IMG/VR virus record: IMGVR_UViG_3300000970_000007
Location: 1 to 25,310 of that record
Length of the DNA stretch: 25,310 nucleotides
Strand: one strand, 5' to 3'
Origin: a virus
Of this stretch, positions 14,612 to 23,533 are shown piece by piece (positions within the stretch are counted from its first letter, which is position 1; each line of letters begins with the position of its first letter). The notes beneath the pieces are model-generated. The model was not told where the DNA came from. It saw only the letters and a list, made by a program, of their open reading frames with translations, and ran no database searches. The position numbers and the translations under genes were made by a program.

Positions 14612-14760
14612 CCTCACGACTTTAGCTCTGAGGATTAATACAAACGCATTTGGATAATACTTTGTATAGCTATCAAGAATTAGTGTCGACTCCTATCTTG
14701 AGAACTCGTTTACGTATCACTGAGCCGAAGCTTTTTCAGGAGAGGTTTTAACGGTACTGT
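14612..14760. mobile_element. possible IS200/IS605-family end remnant (structured non-coding element)
   Basis: Hairpin CCTCACGACTTTAGCTCTGAGG resembles the CTTTAG-loop subterminal palindromes of IS200/IS605 elements. Two further hairpins follow; no transposase is present. Confidence 0.4.
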
Positions 14761-15448
14761 TCTTTTCAAAAGTAACTTCTTCCATCACTTTTATGGTTTC
14801 CTTAAATGGATTACCTGGTATATTTTTAACTAACTCTAACATCTCTGAGGCAACTTCTCTTATCTCTTTTTGAGCGTGTTCAGAGTTTCTCAACTTTATA
14901 AAATTAGCAAAGCTTCTCATGTTAAAAGAAACATCCCCTTCTATCTGAGAGTTGTAAGTTTTAAAAAATCTAGCTGATTCTTTAGCTCTTTTTCTACCTA
15001 AAGGTACTTGCAACTCCTCTAAAGCCTTATGGTATAACTCGTTACCTAACGATGTGTACTTTTCTAATATAGTGGTCCAAGAAATCTCAGCACCTTGTTT
15101 ATAACCTCCTATTATTTCAGCACCATCTAAAGATTTAATTCCCTGCCAATCTTGAGGTATATACATTTTATCTTCCTTTAATTCTTTATATCTAGCAGAT
15201 TCTGCATTTAAAGAAGATATTCTATGTTTTAATAGGTGTATATGAGAAGCTATTTCAGTATCTACAAGAAAATGAACCATTCCTTTTTCAAAAGGTGTTT
15301 CATGTCCTGCTGACCATAACATATTGATTAATTTAGGTATTCTACCTTTTTTATCTTCAGTTAAATTTCTAGAAGTGGATGTCCAAGCAGAACATGCTAT
15401 AACTTCATCTGAACCATAATAACCTAGTAGTTCTACTTTATTTTTCAT
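14717..15448 (-). CDS. thyX: flavin-dependent thymidylate synthase
   Basis: GHETPFE, the ThyX signature KHRISSLNAESARY, and NMRS..NF..LR..HAQ.EIR. Confidence 0.92.
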   Translation of the reverse strand: MKNKVELLGYYGSDEVIACSAWTSTSRNLTEDKKGRIPKLINMLWSAGHETPFEKGMVHFLVDTEIASHIHLLKHRISSLNAESARYKELKEDKMYIPQDWQGIKSLDGAEIIGGYKQGAEISWTTILEKYTSLGNELYHKALEELQVPLGRKRAKESARFFKTYNSQIEGDVSFNMRSFANFIKLRNSEHAQKEIREVASEMLELVKNIPGNPFKETIKVMEEVTFEKNSTVKTSPEKASAQ

Positions 15449-15502
15449 TTTTATAATTTTTATTTTACGTTAAATATAAATGTATTTTATATTAATTCAA
15501 AA

Positions 15503-15679
15503 CTATTTCATTAAAAAATCAAATATATCTGCAATATTTTCTATTAAAACTACTGACCACCCTAATATTGCACTATGAATATAGTTTAAAGTTATTTTAT
15601 TTGAAGTTTTACGTTTACCTATAAATAGCATAACTAGTATTGAAATAACTATTATTGCTTGTATTGAATCTAATATCAT
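15503..15679 (-). CDS. small membrane protein (58 aa)
   Basis: Hand translation MILDSIQAIIVISILVMLFIGKRK...; ATGA overlap with the ATPase stop codon. Confidence 0.6.
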   Translation of the reverse strand: MILDSIQAIIVISILVMLFIGKRKTSNKITLNYIHSAILGWSVVLIENIADIFDFLMK

Positions 15680-16668
15680 TTTATTTTGTTTAAGTTGTTT
15701 ATACCACTTACATTATTGTTAAGAGGCGTGTAAGTAATTGAATTTCCTAATCTATCTTCAAAATGAATACTATCTGATATGTGAGATATGTTCATTTTTG
15801 CTGTTTTACATTCGTAATCTATTCCATTACCGTTCCAGTCTTTGTAGAACCTTATAGTGGTTAAACTCATTGGACTTTTATTTACAACACCTTCCACTCT
15901 TATCTTTTTCTGGTATTCATCTTTGATATGCGCTACGTACTTAAACTTACTTTTTTCTAACCTTACGTTTAAGTTATCTAGAACCTTGATAGGGTTTTCA
16001 TCAAATATGTTAACCTCTTCTATTAGAGATATAACTAGGTCTACTCCAACATTACCTAATGTTTTTATAACTTTAATCAACTCTTCCTCATGTTCTTTAT
16101 TTTCAAGGAGATCGTCTATGATTAGTCTTAATGTCTCATTATTTATAGAATCAAATTTGAAATTATATCTTATTCTAGAAGGTCTATTAAATAAGAAATC
16201 ATTTAACTCAACAGAGTTTGTAGTAAATATAAAAAGGATTTTGTTTTTATATACTCCGTCCATAAGAGTTAATAAAGACTCTTGATGTTTTGGATCACTA
16301 TATGTTTTTTCAAACTCATCAAAAAATAAAACAACTTCCTGCTTAATACTATCTATGAAAGAATTAAAAACATCTCCATAGAAAGGTTGGTTTATTATTA
16401 ATACAGGAAGTTTGCTTTTAATACAAATGTCTTTTGCTAGGATTGTTTTACCAGTACCTTTGTGTCCAGATATTAAAACCCCTTGATTTTTATTTAACTT
16501 GTCAAAAGTAGTTAGGACTTTATCAGATTTTGAATTAAAATCGTGATACAAATTACTAGGTAATGAAAAAGTATCAGTTTCTTCTAAATAAAAAGACTCA
16601 TTAGACTTGTTAAAGTTTAATATATAGTTATTAGGTTCTAGTCTATTAATCTTCTTTTGTACTATCAT
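15676..16668 (-). CDS. AAA+ ATPase
   Basis: Walker A GHKGTGKT, Walker B VLFFDEFEK, sensor TTN and NRPSR arginine finger. Confidence 0.9.
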   Translation of the reverse strand: MIVQKKINRLEPNNYILNFNKSNESFYLEETDTFSLPSNLYHDFNSKSDKVLTTFDKLNKNQGVLISGHKGTGKTILAKDICIKSKLPVLIINQPFYGDVFNSFIDSIKQEVVLFFDEFEKTYSDPKHQESLLTLMDGVYKNKILFIFTTNSVELNDFLFNRPSRIRYNFKFDSINNETLRLIIDDLLENKEHEEELIKVIKTLGNVGVDLVISLIEEVNIFDENPIKVLDNLNVRLEKSKFKYVAHIKDEYQKKIRVEGVVNKSPMSLTTIRFYKDWNGNGIDYECKTAKMNISHISDSIHFEDRLGNSITYTPLNNNVSGINNLNKIK

Positions 16669-17632
16669 TAAATGTTCTTTCTTTTATTTCTTCTAATAAC
16701 TCAACGTTGTCTTTAAGAAAGTTCTTCACATTAGATGCTCCGTTACCTAATTTAATTTCACCATAAGAATGGTGACCCCCTCTTTTACTAACCACTTCAG
16801 CTTCTATAGCAGCACCTAAAATTTCTCCAACTCTGTCTATACCTGTTCCAAACTCAATCATGTACTCACACTCCCTAAAAGGAGGACAAGTTTTATTTTT
16901 AATACACTTAGCTCTTACTTTTTTAGCTGTTTTTTCACCTTCTTTATTGGTTTCCGTTTTAGAGTTGTAACCTGTTAGTTCTATTCTGATAGATGAATAA
17001 AATTTTAATGCATTTCCTCCACTTGTAACAGTTGGGTTACCGAAAATTACTCCAATTTTTTCCCTGAACTGATTCACAAAAATAGCGCATGTATTATTTT
17101 TGTTTAAAGCTGGAGAAAGCATTCTCATTGCTTTTGACATCATTCTAGCTTGTAAACCCATTTGATTGTCTCCAACTTCTCCTTCTAACTCAGCTTTTGG
17201 TATCAAAGTTGCTACTGAGTCTATTATTAATAAGTCTATACCTCCTGTGTCTACAGCTATTCTTGCTGTCTCTAAAGCGTGTTCACCACTTTCGGGTTGT
17301 ATCAGTATTAACTTAGAAAGGTCTACTCCTAAACACTCTGCATAATAAGCGTCGAATGCTTGCTCTGCATCAATAAACATACAAACTCCGCCTGTTTTTT
17401 GACATTCTGCTATAGCATGTAGGCAGCAAGAACTTTTTCCTGAACTTTCCCAGCCAGCCAATTCTATTACCCTGCCTTTAGGATAGCCACCACCTGTTAT
17501 GTAATCTAAACCTATTGAACCTGTTGGTATTCTATCATACTTTCCTATAGTAGAGTCATCACCAAGCAACATTGCTGTACCTTTACCTTGAGTACTATTT
17601 ATTTTTTCTAATATACCTTTTAAGTCTGCCAT
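16646..17632 (-). CDS. recA: RecA recombinase
   Basis: IPTGSIGLD, GWESSGKS, FIDAE, IIDSVA, GLQARMMSKAMR, NQFREKIGV and GGNALKFYSSIR. Start set at MADLKG. Confidence 0.96.
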   Translation of the reverse strand: MADLKGILEKINSTQGKGTAMLLGDDSTIGKYDRIPTGSIGLDYITGGGYPKGRVIELAGWESSGKSSCCLHAIAECQKTGGVCMFIDAEQAFDAYYAECLGVDLSKLILIQPESGEHALETARIAVDTGGIDLLIIDSVATLIPKAELEGEVGDNQMGLQARMMSKAMRMLSPALNKNNTCAIFVNQFREKIGVIFGNPTVTSGGNALKFYSSIRIELTGYNSKTETNKEGEKTAKKVRAKCIKNKTCPPFRECEYMIEFGTGIDRVGEILGAAIEAEVVSKRGGHHSYGEIKLGNGASNVKNFLKDNVELLEEIKERTFNDSTKED

Positions 17633-17633
17633 T

Positions 17634-18098
17634 TTAATTTTTTTGTATAAGTAAATCAACTGATTTTCTAAATTCTAACTCCTCTAACATTAACCTTTGT
17701 ATAAATCCAGAAGTGTAGTTATCAACTAGTGTTTCAATATGATCTGTTTCTAAATCTTTTAATTTTCTGTAAATAGTTTTTTCAAAGAAAATACCATTTT
17801 TATCAAAGTTACTACCCCATTCAAATTCTTCTCTAGCTTGAGAAAAACAATCGTCTAAATCGCATTCTTTTAAATAAGGGAAATAGTTTATTTTCTTAAT
17901 CTTCAACTTATCTAAAACTTTTTCAAAAAATGTCGGGTTATAATCTGGTCCAGAACATCTAACATAACCATCTTGACCACCATCAATTGAATAGTAGTCA
18001 CTCCCTACAGTCTTTGCTTTATAATCTCGTCTGTGATAACTTATTAATTTTTCACCATCAGGTAATTCTAAATAGGTTACTTTACATTTTCCGATCAT
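17634..18098 (-). CDS. conserved hypothetical phage protein
   Basis: 154-aa ORF with S.HR.DY, IDGGQ.GYVR and LKDLETDHI motifs. Confidence 0.8.
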   Translation of the reverse strand: MIGKCKVTYLELPDGEKLISYHRRDYKAKTVGSDYYSIDGGQDGYVRCSGPDYNPTFFEKVLDKLKIKKINYFPYLKECDLDDCFSQAREEFEWGSNFDKNGIFFEKTIYRKLKDLETDHIETLVDNYTSGFIQRLMLEELEFRKSVDLLIQKN

Positions 18099-18448
18099 GA
18101 TTTACTATTTATCTGTTTCAAGAAATCTTCGTCTAAACCTTTTAAGTCAGTTTCTTTTTTAGTCTCTTTTTTAGAAGTGTAATAAGCTAATATATCAACT
18201 TCTGGTTTTAATAATGTATAAGTAATTCCTTCATATTCAAAATCTAAGCCTCTGTGAGTACCATACATGACTACATCACCAACCTTGAAAGGAAATTCTC
18301 CTTGACCTAATTGTACTACAGTTCCTTCTACATGTTTTTTCTCAACTGTTTTCTGTGTTTCTATAATTAATCCAGAATCAGTTATTTCTTCTTTTTCTAC
18401 TACATGCATTTCTACAAGAACTTTATGTCCTACTACTTTTAAACTCAT
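18095..18448 (-). CDS. groES: co-chaperonin GroES-like protein
   Basis: KVLV...TDSGLII...GTVVQLG...KVGDVVMY...EYEG..Y.LL...DILA. Confidence 0.85.
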   Translation of the reverse strand: MSLKVVGHKVLVEMHVVEKEEITDSGLIIETQKTVEKKHVEGTVVQLGQGEFPFKVGDVVMYGTHRGLDFEYEGITYTLLKPEVDILAYYTSKKETKKETDLKGLDEDFLKQINSKS

Positions 18449-18454
18449 ATCTAT

Positions 18455-19000
18455 TTATCTATTTAACATTTTTAAACTCTTCTCTGATAATTTTCTCAAC
18501 TTTTTATCATCATAAATCAACCACTCATTTAGATTAGCCTCTAGCTTTTTCCTTTTAGCGTTAGTTATGTCCAATAACTCTTGAAAGAAATCAGCGTTAT
18601 ATGCTTCTTTTTGCATAATTATTTCATCTATCTTAGAGTGATAATGCAAAGTCTTATCGTGGTTTAAAACTTGGTTCCTATAATAAGGAAAATGGAAAGC
18701 TCCTGTTGTTCCAGGTAATATTTCTTTCTCTACATTAGTATACATATAAAGTATAAAACCAGCACTTAATAAGTGAGAATATCCTGTTATACTAAAATCA
18801 CCTTTTTCAAGTATTCTTTTCATAGGTTCAACTAGAAATAAATTACCTCCATTACTAGATAAAAATAAATCCCTGAAAGGTTGGTCTATACTATCATTAA
18901 CTTGTCTAACAAAGTTTTCATAATTTTCTTGTTCAAAATCTTCAAACTCTATTATGAATTTTCTTTCACTTGTGAACATTTGTACGCCTTCTTCTTCCAT
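18455..19000 (-). CDS. ClpP/crotonase-like serine protease
   Basis: LFLSSNGG, LSAGFIL (putative catalytic Ser) and AFHFP (putative catalytic His), spaced as in ClpP. Confidence 0.6.
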   Translation of the reverse strand: MEEEGVQMFTSERKFIIEFEDFEQENYENFVRQVNDSIDQPFRDLFLSSNGGNLFLVEPMKRILEKGDFSITGYSHLLSAGFILYMYTNVEKEILPGTTGAFHFPYYRNQVLNHDKTLHYHSKIDEIIMQKEAYNADFFQELLDITNAKRKKLEANLNEWLIYDDKKLRKLSEKSLKMLNR

Positions 19001-19017
19001 AATGCTAAATTAAGTTT

Positions 19018-19479
19018 TTATTTGTTATTAAGCAATGTTTTTCTATAAAACTTTCCTAATATATTATCATTTAGATAATTTTTGCTTTCTAGCACTTCAT
19101 TTATAAAAAGATATTTAGTCTCTAAATAGGTTAAACTTGCTTTAGAATAAGCTATTTGTAGTATCTCTTTTTTAAATTTAACTCCTTCAGATATAAGTCT
19201 ATTTATTTCTTTATTTGAAGATGTATAAGATAACCAATTAGATTCTTTTACTACATACTCATAAGTTTTCTTTCTCTTATCAGTAACTTGAGCTAATTTC
19301 TTTTTACCAAAATGTTTTTTTCTTTTTGAAAAGAAATTCTTTTTACCTATGTACTCATAACCATCTTCTAGCGTTATAAGGTAAATAAATCCTTCTGGTT
19401 TCATAGAAGATAAATTAAGGTCCTCCATAGATTTAACTTCTTTTCCTTTGTATACCCAATTAGACACAAGCATATCCAA
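19018..19479 (-). CDS. GIY-YIG endonuclease (T4 endonuclease II-like)
   Basis: GFIYLIT...YIGKK, ESNW..Y.SS, YLE and YLNDNI.GKF. Confidence 0.8.
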   Translation of the reverse strand: MDMLVSNWVYKGKEVKSMEDLNLSSMKPEGFIYLITLEDGYEYIGKKNFFSKRKKHFGKKKLAQVTDKRKKTYEYVVKESNWLSYTSSNKEINRLISEGVKFKKEILQIAYSKASLTYLETKYLFINEVLESKNYLNDNILGKFYRKTLLNNK

Positions 19480-19714
19480 ACTTTATTAAAGATGTTAAAA
19501 GACTTTCTAGTAATCTAGATGCTCGCATAGGTGTCATTTCTGTGGTAAGGAAACCATCTTTTATATCACAAGTCTTCTTATATACTTCGTAAAAAGTATG
19601 TATGAAATCCCAAATAACATCTATGTTTTCTTCATAGTACTCATCTGTTATACAAGATTCTGAAAAATGTTCCCAAACTTCTGAAAAGAACTGTTCGTAT
19701 GTTAGTATTATCAT
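19460..19714 (-). CDS. hypothetical protein
   Basis: 84-aa ORF between the tRNA and the GIY-YIG gene. Confidence 0.7.
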   Translation of the reverse strand: MIILTYEQFFSEVWEHFSESCITDEYYEENIDVIWDFIHTFYEVYKKTCDIKDGFLTTEMTPMRASRLLESLLTSLIKFGYACV

Positions 19715-19729
19715 TTTTGTTTTTATTAG

Positions 19730-19802
19730 AGTAGGTAGTCAGATTCGAACTGACGATAACGGTTTTGCAGACCGTCCCCTTAGACCACTTGGGTATACCT
19801 AC
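19730..19802 (-). tRNA. tRNA-Cys(GCA)
   Basis: Acceptor GTAGGTA/TACCTAC, D-arm CCCAAGTGGTCTAAGGG, anticodon arm ACGGT-CTGCAAA-ACCGT, T-arm GTCAG-TTCGAAT-CTGAC and U discriminator; CCA is not encoded. Confidence 0.95.
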
Positions 19803-19809
19803 TAAGTAA

Positions 19810-21372
19810 TTACATTAAACTAGTAAATTGATTATTATCAGTATACATCATGTGTTGGAATTTTGCAAACTCGTTTATCACGCCTATTGACTTTTGCCAA
19901 CTTGAAATTCCTGCATTATAGCCGTGTTCTTCATGACAAGTTATACCTACTACATAAACACCGTCTAACGTTTTTATTGAATGAGTATGTGCTACAACAA
20001 CCTTGGTGTTTAATTTTCTAAAACCATTTGCACTTCCTTTTGAGCCATTACTAGAAAGGTGTCCATGCAATGCTAACTCAAATCCTTTTCTTTTAAAACT
20101 GTCGTTTAAACCTAATGTTATAATTTTATCTTTATAAAATTTTTCAATTTCATAAGGTATCAAGCCTTTAGGTGCTCTTTCTTCTAATAAAACTTGTCTA
20201 TATTCGTTTATTTTAAATGCATTTTTAGTGTCTTTAATAGAGCTGAAACTTCTAACATAGCGATCAAACCTGTCGTCATGATTTGACCTAACTATCACTG
20301 GATTAAAAGGTATCCATTGTTCTAACCACCTTAACATATAATTCACCTCTTGGTAAATACTATTTAGTCCTTTTTTTTCTAATATTGCTTGGTGGATATA
20401 GTCATCTTTTATATGATTATTAACAGAGTGACCGTCTATTAAATCATGGAACACAATATGTTTCGTATTAGTTAAAGTAGCTATTTCTTTAACTTCGTCT
20501 AACATATCTTGGTCCTCATATCCTAAATGAGTGTCGCCTAGCACTATAGTGTCGAATTTACCTTTTGAAATCTTACCACCTACTACTTTATTATTCAAAT
20601 CCATAAAAGAACCATCTTCTTTTGCAGACACATGTCTTGCTACAAAGTTATGTTTATCTAGTATCTCTACTACTAAGAAACCCGTCTGATGATTGAACTC
20701 AGCTTTCTTACCTACACGAGCTTGTCTGTAATTAGGTTTAGTTATAGAACCTGTTGTAAATAAAAACTTATTCTTTTGACCTGGAAGTGTTGGCACACTG
20801 TCCATATGTTGTCTAGGATGTCCTATAATAGAGCTTTCCTCACCAGTTATACCTTCAAAACCTCTTAAAGGCAAGGAAGCAGTAGGAAGTACATTAGCAT
20901 CTGTTATGATTCTTAAATACTTATGTAACTTCTGATCATTAGATGTTAAATAAGGAATTAATCTTTTATGCCAAGTTGTTGAATAATCTTTATTGTTAGA
21001 AGAATTAGGATTACTATAAACACCTGCATTAACAAGTATTTCAGCACCGTAATGTTCTGCCAACACTTCCATATTATCTAACAAATTCTTATCAATAACA
21101 GTGTTATTTTGAGCATATGTTACAAAAAATACTTTATTCTTCTTACTAACTTTCCTCTTCTTAGCTTCTGATAATTCTTTAGATTCTAAAGCATTTGATA
21201 ACTTTTTATTAACCCCGCTTTTTTTAAGTATATTAGACACACCTCTTCTAATAGAATCATTGTGATCTATTTCTTTAACTTGGCAATACTTATTAGATAA
21301 CTCTGTTATATTACCTTTAAATCCTTTACTTAAAGCAAGTACAAGATTTTTATCTATATTTAACTTTCCCAT
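19810..21372 (-). CDS. calcineurin-like metallophosphoesterase domain protein
   Basis: LGDTH, HDLIDG, SNHD, HGH and AHTH metal-binding motifs in order. Confidence 0.8.
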   Translation of the reverse strand: MGKLNIDKNLVLALSKGFKGNITELSNKYCQVKEIDHNDSIRRGVSNILKKSGVNKKLSNALESKELSEAKKRKVSKKNKVFFVTYAQNNTVIDKNLLDNMEVLAEHYGAEILVNAGVYSNPNSSNNKDYSTTWHKRLIPYLTSNDQKLHKYLRIITDANVLPTASLPLRGFEGITGEESSIIGHPRQHMDSVPTLPGQKNKFLFTTGSITKPNYRQARVGKKAEFNHQTGFLVVEILDKHNFVARHVSAKEDGSFMDLNNKVVGGKISKGKFDTIVLGDTHLGYEDQDMLDEVKEIATLTNTKHIVFHDLIDGHSVNNHIKDDYIHQAILEKKGLNSIYQEVNYMLRWLEQWIPFNPVIVRSNHDDRFDRYVRSFSSIKDTKNAFKINEYRQVLLEERAPKGLIPYEIEKFYKDKIITLGLNDSFKRKGFELALHGHLSSNGSKGSANGFRKLNTKVVVAHTHSIKTLDGVYVVGITCHEEHGYNAGISSWQKSIGVINEFAKFQHMMYTDNNQFTSLM

Positions 21373-21373
21373 A

Positions 21374-21562
21374 TTAATCTATATAATCATCAAACCCTAA
21401 ATCATCTGTTCCTTCAATAAATTCTTGAGTTACATCATAGTGTTGCATAAATGTTTTTTTATCTTTTAACCAATCTCCTGTCATATCTGGAAACATAGCT
21501 TTTAAGTCACCATCTTTTAACATTGATTCATAAATAAGTTTTGCTTCTTTCTTACTCATCAC
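21374..21562 (-). CDS. hypothetical protein
   Basis: 62-aa ORF with MTGDWLKDKK.F motif. Confidence 0.75.
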   Translation of the reverse strand: MMSKKEAKLIYESMLKDGDLKAMFPDMTGDWLKDKKTFMQHYDVTQEFIEGTDDLGFDDYID

Positions 21563-21812
21563 ATTTTGATTTAATTAGTTCTTTTAAGTAATCGTAATCA
21601 CTGTTTTTAATCTGTCCTAAATCATAAGGTACTTCAAAAAGGTGTTCTTGTTTCTTAACAACTGCTCTTACGAACCTAGACCCTTTAGAGTCAATATAGT
21701 TTGATACAAAGGTACATTCTTTGCCTAAATCTTCTTTTATCTCTTTTAATTTAGAGTTATATAAATTACTTTGTAATAACTTTAAGTAATCTTCTTCTTT
21801 ATTTTTTGTCAT
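21552..21812 (-). CDS. hypothetical protein
   Basis: 86-aa ORF. Confidence 0.7.
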   Translation of the reverse strand: MTKNKEEDYLKLLQSNLYNSKLKEIKEDLGKECTFVSNYIDSKGSRFVRAVVKKQEHLFEVPYDLGQIKNSDYDYLKELIKSKCDE

Positions 21813-21827
21813 ATTTTTTAAAATAAA

Positions 21828-21851
21828 AGCTCCTAGAATTAACTAGGAGCT
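21828..21851 (-). terminator. intrinsic terminator after the putative SSB gene
   Basis: AGCTCCTAG-AATTAA-CTAGGAGCT 9-bp stem followed by a T-rich run on the minus strand. Confidence 0.75.
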
Positions 21852-21875
21852 ATGTTGTTGGTTTTCAGTTACTTA

Positions 21876-22580
21876 TTAGAAGGGGAGGTCGTCTTCTTCA
21901 ATATCGCTCATTGCAGGAGTTAAAGCTCCTTTCTTGTTTTCAGACTTCTCTTCTGCAACTTTAGGTGAAGTAGCTTCATTAATATTTCCAGCTTTTGCTT
22001 CTTTCAACTTGTTTTGAAGATTTTGTAATACTTCGTAATAAAAATTAACTTCGTCATCTACAACTTGTTGTTTCTTACCTGCAACTGTCTTATATTGACG
22101 CTCAGGTTTATCAGCTTTCATTATCTTAGGAACCCATGTATTTTTACCATCTTCTGTTCTTTCTTGTGTATAGAAAGCAGACATATTTTGATACTCATTA
22201 TCTTCAACAACTTTTGTATAAATAGAAACTTGGATTTCTTTTTCAGGGTCTACCTTAGATAAAGTATCCAAAATCATTCTTGCTCCATAAGAGTAATTAT
22301 TGTTCTTAGCATATAGGGGTACAGTAACGCTATAAGCTTCTCCTGCGTCAACCATTACAAAATTTAAATACTCACCACCATAAGGAGGAGTTGTTACTCT
22401 TAAAGAAGTTAATTTACCTATTAGAGCGTTTACGTACCTATGATATGTTGTGTTTTCATTGTTTGTTCCATACTTTACTTCAACAAACCCTTCTTTCGGA
22501 GTCTTACTTGATTCATAAAGTCCTCTTTTGTTTACACTATAATTAATGTACTTTAACGATGTCGATGTTACTTCTGCCAT
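21876..22580 (-). CDS. putative single-stranded DNA-binding protein
   Basis: Aromatic, beta-rich body with a flexible tail ending DIEEDDLPF (SSB-type C-terminus); has its own promoter and terminator. Confidence 0.6.
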   Translation of the reverse strand: MAEVTSTSLKYINYSVNKRGLYESSKTPKEGFVEVKYGTNNENTTYHRYVNALIGKLTSLRVTTPPYGGEYLNFVMVDAGEAYSVTVPLYAKNNNYSYGARMILDTLSKVDPEKEIQVSIYTKVVEDNEYQNMSAFYTQERTEDGKNTWVPKIMKADKPERQYKTVAGKKQQVVDDEVNFYYEVLQNLQNKLKEAKAGNINEATSPKVAEEKSENKKGALTPAMSDIEEDDLPF

Positions 22581-22611
22581 GTTTAATTATTTATTTGGTT
22601 TTTAATTTTTA

Positions 22612-22619
22612 CAAATATA
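22612..22619 (-). promoter_or_regulatory. -7 element for the putative SSB gene
   Basis: TATATTTG on the minus strand, about 30 nt upstream of the ATG. Confidence 0.55.
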
Positions 22620-22720
22620 ATAAAATTAATTAATTATGTAAGCAATTTTAACATATTTTATATTATTAAATATTTATTTATTTATTTTAATATTTAAAAA
22701 GGTGTAATTATATTTGCTGC

Positions 22721-22823
22721 TTCGAGACACATTTCATAAATTTACATACGTAACTTTTTTATTAAAGCTCAAGTTGTAAATTTAAGTGTCTCGAAACCTT
22801 ATTTTGAAATCTTGGGCTTTTTT
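22721..22823 (+). ncRNA. putative small structured RNA or attenuator
   Basis: Follows TATATTTG (22709-22716); has interleaved inverted repeats and ends in a U-run. Confidence 0.5.
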
Positions 22824-22861
22824 CATGCCTAAATTTTAAAATGTTAAAAAGTTTAAAAATG

Positions 22862-22892
22862 TTTGTTTTATAAATAAATGTTTTTATTTTTG
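22862..22892 (+). promoter_or_regulatory. Bacteroidota primary-sigma promoter facing non-coding DNA
   Basis: TTTG-N19-TATTTTTG. Confidence 0.65.
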
Positions 22893-23508
22893 CGATAAAT
22901 AAGACACAACTTGTTATTATAATTACAAGGAGTTAGAGATGAATACTTTCTCATGTGTAAAGGGAATATTGCGTCCTGCTGAGAGGCTTAAGGCATTAGT
23001 GACTAACAACTGAAAAGTGGATGGTGTCTAAGGTCACTTCTATACCATATTCTGAAAAAACCAATTAAAAACTTCCTATGCATTTTATTAGGGGGTAAGG
23101 GGGTTAATTTTTAAACTCACGTTTACACCTTGTCGTGTTTTAAATGAGGTACGAATTTAAAATATGACGTATCAACCCGTATTCACTATTAAAATACTTT
23201 ATACTACTTTTAATAGCAGCTACTTTAAATAGTCGATACCTGTAAAACAGCTATAAAAAACAAACATTTTTAAACACATAACAATTTTAAATAGATATTG
23301 TTTCTTAATAGTTGATTGAAGTAGCACTGTGGTGCTACGCACATTATCACATTTGCATTGTTACTCCCACTTCCAGAATTAAAAATTTATACAGTTAACA
23401 AGAGCGCAGCGAATGTTAACCGACTGTCGGGCGTACCGACGTACAGTGCTTGAGTATCGTTTGTTAAAAATAACTTTTAAAACCTTTTATTTATTAAATT
23501 TATTTTTT

Positions 23509-23516
23509 TACATTTG
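23509..23516 (+). promoter_or_regulatory. -7 element for the RNase H gene
   Basis: TACATTTG, 17 nt upstream of the ATG at 23534. Confidence 0.5.
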
Positions 23517-23533
23517 ATTAAAATAAAATAACT

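Noticed and set aside
15857-16285. 142-aa + strand ORF
   Set aside because: Antisense shadow inside the AAA ATPase gene.
14717-17632. Intron or intein in thyX or recA
   Set aside because: Both are uninterrupted and of normal length, with motifs in the expected order.
22065-22262. 65-aa + strand ORF
   Set aside because: Antisense shadow inside the putative SSB gene.
11787-23232. CTATT(T)AAA words clustered at 11787-11818 and 23186-23232
   Set aside because: Too AT-rich and short to distinguish from chance by eye; needs a background-corrected enrichment test.
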